From a virus (taxonomy: Duplodnaviria > Caudoviricetes): 25,532 bases of DNA. How positions within the stretch are numbered: position 1 is the first letter of the stretch; each line of letters starts with the position of its first letter. A program made the translations under genes and the position numbers. Below the pieces are notes generated by a model. That model worked only from the letters and a program-made list of their open reading frames with translations. It was not told the origin of the DNA and did no database searches. The DNA lies in IMG/VR virus record IMGVR_UViG_3300026260_000032, positions 1-25,532 of that record; one strand, written 5' to 3'. Of the stretch, positions 7,762 through 19,800 are shown piece by piece.

Positions 7762-7769
7762 TATAAATA
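7762..7769 (+). promoter_or_regulatory. T4 late promoter (TATAAATA)
   Basis: Perfect gp55 consensus 32 nt upstream of ATG 7802. Confidence 0.85.
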
Positions 7770-7801
7770 CAACCAGTAGAAGTAGCACGGTTCGGTTAGT
7801 T

Positions 7802-10800
7802 ATGCCATTAACAAGACTTGATAACTTATATTCAAGTAAAACAGGTAAGTATCTATACGTTTCGCCGGATGATTTTAATGCAACAGACGAGTTAGATAAT
7901 AGAGGTAATAGTCCTCTCCGTCCGTTCAAGACAATTCAGAGGGCATTTATAGAGGTTTCACGTTATTCTTATCTACCTGGTAAGGATAATGATAGGTTTG
8001 ACCAGTTTAGCGTTATGCTGATGCCTGGTAACCACTATATTGATAACCGTCCTGGTCTGGTTGATGCTGCTAATCCAGAAGTTAGATTTTTTGATGCTGC
8101 TAACTTAATTGATGCAAATAGGCAAGCAATTGTTGATCGTGCTGCTGCTGATATTGCTACTAACCACCCCGATTTTTATTATCCTAACGACAGTCAAACA
8201 CAGGATTATTCACGATTCAAGGATGCTTTTAGATTACTTCAACTGAATCGTCAAGAAATTATTGATACATCATGGACTAAAACTCTTACTCAGTATGCTA
8301 ATCATGGATCATATGAGGAAACGTGTAAGAGGGATTTAGGTCTATTCATTGATTCTCTAGCACTGGACGTTGCTCAGGCAGATGGTAATCAATATACACG
8401 TAAATTTTTAAAAACCTTCTTTAATGAAGCAGGTACATCGTGGTTAAATGATAGTTTAAATGGTGAGCAAGCAGAAGCAAATTATGCTTTTGAGCAAGCA
8501 AGGGATCAGATGTTTCTTGCTATTTCTAACCAATTATCAGTACAAGATTTAACAATTACTGCTGATAATGCTCCTGGTTCTGATTATGGTACAGCAACAC
8601 AGAGTTGGAAACCTACTGGTGCTACTTATTCTCCTTCTAATGGTGAACTTGTATTAGAAATTGCAGATCATGGGTTATCAATTGGTGATCATATTAATAT
8701 TGCTTCTGGAAGTTTAGTATTCAGTTGTGATTCTGATTCTAATGCTACTGATCATGCATATCCACGTGCAAATGATCCTGCTGCTGGTAAATACCTTGAA
8801 ATTACTCAGGTAGCAACAGATTTTATTACAGTTGATGTTGGACATTCTCCAATTGTTAATTACACTCCAACAGATGCGACATATGATCCTGCTACTGGTG
8901 ATTTTGTCCTAACAATTGGTGTTCATAATCTTTCGTTGAACGAAACTGTTAAGATTGCCGATAGTTCTATCACAATGACATGTGATATGGATGGTAATAT
9001 CACAGACCATGTATATCCTCGTACTGATGATCCTGCATATAATGCTGCTCTATCTATTAGTAATGTTGGTTCAACTCATACTCCGATAGCAGGAACAGAA
9101 TATAATTCATTAACTGGTATTTTAACCTTAAGTATTGATAATCACACATTTGTTGATGGTGATCAAGTCAAACTTGCTGATGGTGCTGTTACATTCTCTT
9201 GTGATAAAGATGATAATGCTACGGATCATTCATATCCTAGAATAACTGATCCTGCTTCTAATAATTGGTTGACGGTTTCAAATGCTCAACCTAATGGAAC
9301 GGGTGGAACAGTATTTAATGTTAATGTTGGTTTATCTCCTGATGTACCATATAATGTCAGTGCTGCTACTTATATTCCTACAACAGGACTTTTAACATTA
9401 GATATTGGTAACCATAACTTCAGTGGTGAAACATCTCGTACAGCAACTACTGCTACATATACTCCTTCTACTGGAGTAATGCAACTTACTATTCCCGATC
9501 ATAACTATATTAGTGGGGATAGGATTAAGATTTTAGATAATTCTTTGGTCTTTACTTGTGACCAAGATCGTAATAATACAGAACACGCATATCCTCGTTC
9601 AACTGATCCTTATAGTGGTAAGTGGTTACCTGTTACTAATCTCACCAATGATACTGTTGATGTTCATGTTGGTGCAACTACTGGAGTAAATTATACTCCT
9701 ACTGATGCTGATTATAACCCTGCTAATGGTAACCTGGTTCTGACAATTGGAAACCATACATTAAATGCAGGCAGGACACTGAAACTGGCAACAGGATCAT
9801 TGATCTTTACCTGTGCTATGGATGACCATTTCACAGAGCATACTTATCCTAGAGCAACAGATCCAGTATATGATAAGCCTATTACAATTGCTAGTGTTGG
9901 TTCTACATCACATGAAGTAACAGGTGCTGATTATTCTCCTACAACTGGTGTACTAACTCTTACAGTACCAACATTAACCATTTCTAATGGTGAAAGAATT
10001 CAACTTGATGATAATTCTCTAACATTTACTTGTGCTAAGGATAATAATTCCACACCACATACATATCCACGTTCTACTGATGATGCTAGTACTAAGTGGT
10101 TGGAAGTTTCCAATGTAAATGCTGCAGCAAATACTTTTGACGTTAACGTTAGTATTTCACCTGATACAACAGCACATACATTTGTATCTGCTACTGCTAC
10201 TGGTCTTAAGCACCAGGATGGAACCATTACTTTAAATGTTGGTGTAACTGGTAATGTAGATTATGATGTATCTGGTGCCACATTTACTCCTACTACAGGT
10301 GAGATGGTTCTTACCCTTAGTGATTCACATACTATCAGGCAAGGAAGTAATATTCGTCTGAAAGAAGAAAGTTTAATATTTACTTGTGCTCAAGATAGTC
10401 ATGGTTCAGATCATGCTTATCCCAGAACAACAATTGAGAATCATACTGCTGCTGATGCTGGCACATCTTATGATGGTAATACTGGTGTTCTGACTATCCA
10501 AACCACTGCTGCTCATGGAATGAGGACTGGTGATTGGGTTAAGATTGCTGATAATTCATTGACATTTACATGTGCAATGGATGGCAGTACTGCATCACCT
10601 AAGACATATCCACGTGCTACTGATCCTATTAGTGGAAAATGGTTAAAAATTGATAACGCTACTGTTAATACATTCACCATTCAGGTTGGTAGTACACCAC
10701 TTGTGAATCATAATGTAACTGATGCTACTTATGATCAAGTAACTGGTGTTATGGTGTTGACCGTTGGTGCTAATCATGGTCTACAAGCAAATACTTCTAT

Positions 10801-13800
10801 TAAATTAGCAGATAATGCATTAACATTCACTTGCGATAAAGATAATAATGCTACTGATCATACATATCCACGAAATGATGGTACTCATGATACTGTAGCA
10901 TCCAATACTGCTATTAATATTGATGCGGTTGATCAAGTAGCAGGAACGATTACTATTAATGTTGGTGCAGCAGCTGCTAATGATCAATATGACCATACCT
11001 TCAAAGAAGCTATTGCTGGTGCTGTAATTGCTGGTGGTGCATATCAGCATACATGTACTACTGCAGTAACTGATGGTATTAGTCAGAAAAAGGATAGATC
11101 ATTTGATTCTTCTGTTGAAGTTACTAATGTTGGATCAACTAATCTTCAACCATTAGTTGGTACAGGATATACACCAGCAAATGGTATTTTAAGAATTAAG
11201 TGTGATAATCATGGTGTTGTTAATGGCGATAGAGTCAAATTAAAGACAGATGGTATTACCTTTACATGCGATAAAGATAATCATCAGACAGATCATACTT
11301 ATCCAAGAATAACTGATCCTGTTGCTGGTGATTGGTTGTTGGTTTCTAACGCATCTACTGATTATTTTGATTTGTTTGTTGGTATCTCCAACTTAAATCT
11401 TTCTAGTCATATATTTGCGTCAGCAGATGCTGATGCTATTGCTCATCAGGATAAAACAATTACTATTAATGTTGGTATTTCTTCCGATGAATCTGCTCAT
11501 ACCTTCTCTACTACTGCAGGTAATGGTGATAATGCAGTAATTCTTGGTGGTAGTTATGACCATACTTTCAAATCTGCTAATGCTGATGCTATAGTAACTG
11601 GTGGTGATTATGTACACACATGGGTTAGTTCTGTTAATAATGGTATTGTTAAATCTGGTGATAGTATTAAAATTGGTGCTAATACTTTAAAATTCACATG
11701 TGCATATAACGGACATAGCACCCAACATACTTATCCGAGACCAAAAGATCCAGCATACGAGACATTACTTCCTATTATTTCTTCTACTGCTACAGAAGTT
11801 GTAGTTGATATTGGTATTTCTCCAGATACATCTGCTCATACTTTTATTGGTGCTGAAGTGGGTGCTGTAACTTCCGGTGGCAATTATCCACACTCCTTCA
11901 AGAGTGCATTAGCAGATAGTGTTACAAAGCAAGATGGAACGATTACAGTTAATATTGGACAGACATCTACAGGTGCTGTTAATGTAACTGGTGCTACTTA
12001 TGATGCAGCAAGTGGTCATATGGTTCTTGATGTTGGTGCTAATCATGGTATATTGCAAGGACAAAGTATCAAGTTAGCAGAAGAATCTATAAGCTTTAGT
12101 TGTACTTATGGTGCTGGTGTTCATACTTATGTTGGTGGTACAGTAAGTAATGCTATTACTGGTAACCAGAATGGTGTTCAATATGATGTAACTGATGCAA
12201 CTTATGATTCAGCAACTGGTATATTAGTATTAACGACTCCTGCATCACAGACTTTAACTAATGCTAATTCGATTTTAATTTCTAATGATGCTTTAACCTT
12301 TACATGTGATGCTGATAATCATCAGACAAATCATACTTATCCTCGTGCTGGGGTAGATCCGTTCGCTGATAATGTAACAATTCAGATTGATACTGTTGAT
12401 ATTGGTGCCGGAACTATCACAGTTAATGTTGGACCAATTACTGCTGCATCACAAACAAAGGCATATCCTAGAGCAACAATTGAGAATCATACAGCTGGTG
12501 CTGGTACAACATATGATTCCAGTACTGGTATTCTGAATATTCAGACTACTGCTGATCATGGTATGAGGACTGGTGATTGGGTTAAGATAGATGATGCTGG
12601 ATTAACCTTTAGTTGTGGATTTGGTGGCGCATCTGGTGCTGCTGCTGAAAAGACTTATCCAAGAGCAACTGACCCAATTAGTGGTAAGTGGATTCAAGTT
12701 ACTGTAACTGGTACTAATACATTTACTTTGAATGCTTTACGGGGAACAACACCTTCTAATGTAGACATTCATGCATTTGTATCTGCTGTTGCTGGTTCTA
12801 TTAAACAGAAGGTAGATAGAGCATATGATACTGCTCTTCCTATTATTGCTGCTCATCAAACAAATGGAACAATTACGATTGATGTTGGACAAAGTGGTAA
12901 CAATGGAATCCATACATTCCAATCTGCTGTTGCTGGTGCTGTAATTACTGGTGGTAATCATCCACATACATTTGTTAGTGCTGCTGCTGGAGCATTGATT
13001 AGTGGTGGTAACTACGGACACTTGTTTAAATCTGCTGCTGATAATGCAGTTACATTTGCTGCTAATATCAATAACCGTGCTAATAATGCTTTATGTGCTG
13101 ATATTCAGTCCTTCTTGGGAACTTTAACAACTCTAGTTACTGATACTATTACTGCAGCTAATTTAAATAATCTTCCTGCAGAATCTGTATCTGCAAAAAT
13201 TCCTGCAGGGGAAGAGAAGTGTAAGAGAGATATTGGATACTTTATTGATTCTGTAGTATCTGATTTACGTAATGGTGGTAATAGTAATATTATTTCTACT
13301 ACAAAGACATATTTTGATCGTGATGGAAATCCAATTAATCCTGGTTTACTAGGAGAAGTTGCTGAATCTGTCACAGCATTTAATGGTGCTCGTGATCAGA
13401 TGACTAAAGCTGTAAGCAATCAACTTTACAGTAAGGATTTGGTTGTTACACAAGGACCAGCTATTGCTGGTCAAACCACACCAGACATTGATTATGGTAC
13501 ATCTGGTAGTGCTTTAGCGTGTTCTGATGTACAATCAAACATCATAACATTAACAAATATTATGACCAGCACTCTTACTGCTGGTAATCTTTCTAATCTT
13601 GTTTCGGTACAGGTTACTGGTACTGTTCCAATCTTTGATTATAATCAAGCATTAGAAGAATGGCAGGATGATAGTATTCTTGACCTTTCTAATCCAGATA
13701 ACGTACTGTATAAGTTTAATGCATCAGATGGTGGTGCTATTGTACCTAGAGGTTGTTCATTGATTGGTTATGACTTACGTCGTACCATTGTTAGACCTCT

Positions 13801-16800
13801 ATATGTTCCTGATTGTGTTGATGGTGATGTGGGTAGATCTGGTATCTTCCGTCTAACGGGTGGTTGTTACTTGTGGCAGATGACTATTAAGGATGGTGAT
13901 CTATCATCCAATTCGCCACTATATTCTCAGGCAGATAACGTAGCGAAAGTATATAACAAGCCTAATGATTTTACTTCTTTAGTAGTTCCTGAATATTCTC
14001 ACCATAAGATCACTATTATGTCTTATGCTGATAATGAGGATTTGGATGTATACTATCAGAAGGTAGGAAGAGCATTTGCACAATTCCAACCAACAATTGA
14101 TGATGGAGAACTTGAGCAATGTGTACAGGAGAATAGGATTGTTGGTCCTTTATCTGATACCAGAAACATTGAAAGTATTAAAGTTACTGCTATTGATGGT
14201 GGTGCTGCTTCTCAACTAGAAGTTACTACAAAAGTTGATCATGGTTATTACGTTGGTCAGTATGTTGCTACTCTCAATAGTGGATTATCTAGTGAGGTTA
14301 ATGGTACATGGAAGATTACTGGTATTAGTTCTACTAATCCAAAAGTTTTCACGTATAATATCCACACAAATCCTTCTGGGTTGGGTCTAGTTGATAATGC
14401 AACATACACCACAGCGAATGGTCTGGGAACAGGTGCTGTAATCCAGGCAGAGATTGATTCTGTTGAGTCTGCTTCTCCTTATGTCTTTAACTGCTCTATC
14501 CGTTCTACATGGGGTTATTGCGGCATGTGGGCTGATGGATCCAGGACAACTGGATTCCGATCAATGGTTGTTGCTCAGTACACGGGTGTTACCCTCCAGA
14601 AAGATGATAGGGCATTCATTCGTTATGATAGGTTTAATAATACATGGAATCAAGCATCATTAACTGATGCATTTGCTACTACTCCATATCACACTAAAGG
14701 TGATGCTTATTGGAAGGATGCATGGAGAAACTGGCATATTAAAGCATCTGATGATGCATTTATTCAGTGTGTATCTGTATTTGCTGTTGGTTATCATGAT
14801 CACTTCCTAATGGAAAGTGGTGGTGATATGTCAATTACCAACTCTAACTCCAACTTTGGTAATACATCACTACACGCTAAAGGATTTAAGGGTTATGCCT
14901 TTAACCAAGACAAGGGTGGATATATCGATGCTATTGTTCCTCCAAAGCTAGTTGATAGTTCTGCTGGTGCAATTGTTAAGAATCAGTATTATACTATTGA
15001 TATTGAGACATCTAATGATCAATCGAATCATAGTAGGTTGTATATTGCTGGTGATGAACAGAAAGATCCAGCAAAACGTCCTGCTGCCAATATTGGTGGA
15101 TATAGGTTGGGTGCAAAGTATGATGATCAGATCTTTGTAAACCTTTCATCTGGTGGTGTTGGTGGTAAGAAGACATATCATGCAACATTATCACCAAGTG
15201 GTTGGACTTCTTATACTGCTTCACTATCAACAATAACTCCTTCTTCCTTTAATTTCAACTTTGATTTAGATTCTGATGGAAATAGTGATTTTAATACAGC
15301 ACAAGATGCTGCTACATTGATTGAGAAGAATAGACAGTTTATTGCAGAAGAAACTTATGGTTATATTACTAATAAGTATCCGAATTTATTAACTAATCAA
15401 TCACTTTCTATAACTAAGTGTCAGCGTGATGTTGGGTACTTTGTTGATGCTGTTATTAAAGATCTTCGTGTTGGTGGTAATGTTAATTCTATCAATACTG
15501 CTAATTCTTACTTTGTAGGAAGTAATCTTAATTATGTTACAAATGAGTTGACTGAAACTCTAGATGCTTATGGTCATGCTAAGAAGATCATGATGAGCAC
15601 AATGCGTAACTTTACGCTATTGATTAAGAACTGTACTACTACTAATCAAAGTGCAACAGTTGTTGTTGGTGACACATCAGGATTGCATTCTGGCATGAAA
15701 GTTCAGGAATTTAATTCCAATGACTTTACTAATGGTTGGGTTGATACTGGTACTGCAACTCCAATAGTTAATACTATTGCTGATAATATTGTTATTGATA
15801 GCATTGTTAATGCAACAACTATCACATTACGTGACACAACTGCTGGTACTCCTTACCTTGCTGGTGGCGATAGTACAACTGCGTGGTTGTATTTTACAAC
15901 AACTGGTAATTTTGCTACAGCACAACCAGTTGCAGATGATAGTATTACTATTTCTGCTGATTATCCAGAGTGTACAAGTATTGCTACTGCAATTCAAGGA
16001 TACTTTGATACTGTTAATCTGATTATGTCTGGTAATGCTAATTCTGTAACAAGAGTTGAACCAATCATTGAATCTTCATCTCTGTCTGGTCGTGCTACTG
16101 TATTCACAGTTAATACTGGTCAGGGTCAATCAGATCCACATGGATTCCAAACTGGTACTCCTGTGCGATTGATTCCTACAGCAATTAATAGTGTTACTGA
16201 TAAGCGTTTGGTTCGTCTCCCACGTGGATTCCAACCTAATACTACTTACTATGTAATTGCTCCTGGTCGTGATACCTATCCATACACCTTTAATGGATCT
16301 TCTGATTTTGATACCACAGCTTCAACTAAACTTATGCTAGCAAGTAGCAAAGAGAATGCTGCAGCAGGTATCTATATCTTCTCTCCAGAAACAGATTTCA
16401 TGGATTCTGGTGTTGAGGTTATGATTCAACAGTATGTTGTACATGATTCTTACGATTTGTATCGTTATGTGTCTAATGTTGGTGCTGGTGGTGCTATTAA
16501 GTCCGAAGTTCCTCACTTATTTGATATTCCTTTGGCGAATGTCGTGGGACAGAAAATTTTCTTCGGTATCTCTACTGAAACAGGATCTGCATTACCAATC
16601 GTTTCATCTGGTGATCATGATGGTTGGACTGGTACAGTTAGAACTAATAAGTATTACTATCCTAGATTCCAAACTAAGAATAGCTTTACTATCCACTTAA
16701 CACAAGCAGATGCACAAGCTGGTGTTAATGAGGTATTATTTACTGGTGGAAGTAACTTCCTGGTTTATGGTGATAAGAAGACTAGTCCACTCAAGTATGA

Positions 16801-19800
16801 TGCTGAAACATTTGAGAGATGGTATCTTAATGTAAAAGAAGAATCCGTTGGTGGTTCTGATCCAGATAATATCTTAACTAGATTCCATGATGCTGATTTC
16901 TTAGATGGAACAGGTAATTTGTTCACACCAGATACATGGTTTGAGCGTCTTGAGGATAAGCGTGTTCCTGATGATAGGATTTATAGATTACGTTATGTCA
17001 TCCCACAATATCTTCAGAATGTAAGAGAACCACTTAATGGTTATGTTGTTAAGACGAGAACTGATGATAGGAGAAGGTTAAGACCACAGAAATTCCAGTT
17101 AGAACCAATTGGTGGTGCTCCTGATGTTGCTGAATTTTACAACCCATCACAACCTACAGAACAATTGGGTTTAAATCTCACAACTCTTGATGCTGCTGGT
17201 GTTGATGTAGAGAATAGAGATAATCTTTATGATCCATATAAAAATCCACTGAGTATTGAATTTGATAGTCTCTTCAAGACTACAATTCAGAGTGCTAAAG
17301 TTGTTAGTGTTAATGGTGCTGATAGATTAGAATTAACAGTATTTGATCATCATGTTGAGAATACTGCAGTTAAGAATGAGCAGTTTGTAATTCTTGAAAT
17401 TGCTATACCACAAGGTGCTGGTATTCAGTCTGATCTTTATAATAGTAATTCTACTAACTATGTTGCGTGGGCAGGAAGTTCGACAGGTTCTGGTTATGTT
17501 CATGCTTATTATGAATATGCGTTAACATCAACTGCATTTGTTGTTCTTAAGGGTATTGAGGGTAAATTAGAACATGGTGCTGCCCTAACAACATTTACCC
17601 AGAGTAATGGAACATTCTGGACTAGCATGGGTAGACCGGATTCCTTTGGATTACCTGATTCTACTAAGTCTAGGTCTAATAAAGATAGTTATCTTTATAG
17701 AATGGATGGAGCAAATCTATACACATTGTGTCCTGGTGATAAAGTAACAACACCTACTGGACACACATATAGTTTGCAACTGTTGGAAGATGTACCTGAA
17801 GTTGAGGATACATTCTATATCTTTGATGTTGAAACAATTCAGGAAGTTATTCCTGCTCAGCAAGATGGTATTTACTATCTAACTGCTGTTCGTGGTAATA
17901 TTTCACCTTATCCTACAGGTGCTGGTGTTGGTGACAACTTCCGTAATTATAAGTTCTCCCAACCAATTTCCAGTCTGTATCCATTCAATTATAAGAATGA
18001 TCCTCTTTGGTTCCAAGTACAAGCGAATGGAACAAAAGATACAAATATTACAGATCCTTCTGTATCAATTTCCGCCGCCAATAATTACGTACATGGTTAT
18101 GTAACGTTAAATGACAATAAATTCAGTGAAACAAAAGAAGCTGTTGTTGACCTATTAGCAACTGATCCTTTAAAGGATTATGAATTTACTAATACGACAG
18201 CATATTATCAGACTCCTAATCCTGTATTAGATAATAGGATTCAAGCACAGGGTGGTAATGCATCGATTGGATCCGAGAATAGACAGATTCCTATTAGTGG
18301 TGACTCGCAGTTCCCATTAGAAGATAGGTTCTATATTGAACTTCGTCGTCCATCTATTGCACGTTCTGGTAACCATACATTTGAGTATCTTGGATATGGT
18401 CCAGGTAACTACTCAACTGGTTTCCCATTGCGTCAGGAAGTGGTCCTTTCTGATTATCAGGACTACTACGCTCAAGCGAAGCGTGAGGACGCTGGTGTTG
18501 TATTCTACACGGGTCTGAACTCTAATGGTGACCTCTACATAGGTAACCGTAAGATCAACGCTATTACAGGCGAAGAGACTTTCCTTGAGAAAGCAGAATT
18601 ACAAGAGACTGAGGATGATCAGGATTCTATCGGAGCATTGGTAACAACCTTCGATACTGCTGTTACATTCAATGATAAGATTACAGTTGAGGGTGATGCT
18701 TACTTAAATAACCCTGTTCATATTAATGTTGATCCACAAGATGGTGATTCATTACGTATCTACAGTCATGTTGGTGTTAATGATGATCCAACACTTGATC
18801 GTACATCCTTCAGGGATAACAAAGCAGGTGATATTTTACTCACCAGGAACATAACACGTTCTGCTGTATTCCAATTAACTGGTAGAGGCAACGTTGGTGA
18901 CATTGGTCAGGGGTATTCATTAAGAACTCATTATACAGGTGGCAAGCCATCTAATGTAACACCAAATAATAGTGGATTGTATTCTGCTGGTGCTGGTGGT
19001 ACTGCATTCTATACTTTACAAAACATTACTTATGGTTCGTCAATAGTTCCTGTTGCTGGTGATGTTCTTTATAAGGGTCTTGAGATTGGTAATACTGGAT
19101 CACTTGGGTGGATTTATACTAATTATTACACAGAAATTCCTGACCTATCAATCCTTACATTAACTGCTGATAACTCAGCTTTAATTACTGCTGAATGGGC
19201 ATCAGGTATTAGTAATAATGGACTTGGTATACGACCTGGTGAGTATGTACGTATCAGTAACTTCAGTAATACATTCTTTAATGGCACATGGGCTGTTATT
19301 GGTACTGGATTTGATGGTACTGCGTCTACATGTCGGTTCTATCTTTATAATCAGATTGCTGCTAACACTTATTCTTGGGCAAATGAAGGTGCTGGTGCTA
19401 AGATAGAAATTTCCAAGTCATCTTGGAAGGAAACAGGTTTATTGGGTACTGAAGCATTACGTACATTAACTGAAGTACCTGGTGATTATAGGTTGGGCAT
19501 CAATACCATCGGTAGGATGGCAATTGAAGGTGCTTTAACTGCCAGCACTAGTGTTGATACTGATCCAAGAGCAAACCTTGATGTTGTTGGAACAGCATTC
19601 ATTTCTGGTAAATCTTTAGTTACTTATGATTCTCTTGGTGCTGTTACTGATAACAAGTATCTACAAGAAACATCTAACAATAAGACATATAATTTAGAAG
19701 ATAATGCTTTATTAGTTGGTGGTGATAGTACGGATGCTGATGATTATGCAACATTACGTGTTGCTACCAGTGATGCTCTGGAAGCAACTTTCCAGATTGT

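Noticed and set aside
7484-7779. ORFs 7484-7684 (-), 7561-7779 (+) and 7569-7772 (-)
   Set aside because: They overlap three well-formed tRNA genes and have no protein-like features.
8600-13054. CRISPR array, DGR template/variable repeat, or intein as an explanation of the repeats
   Set aside because: The repeats are protein-level and differ largely at synonymous positions. There is no repeat-spacer pattern, no evident adenine-specific mismatch bias, no reverse transcriptase in the window and no intein splice motifs recognised.
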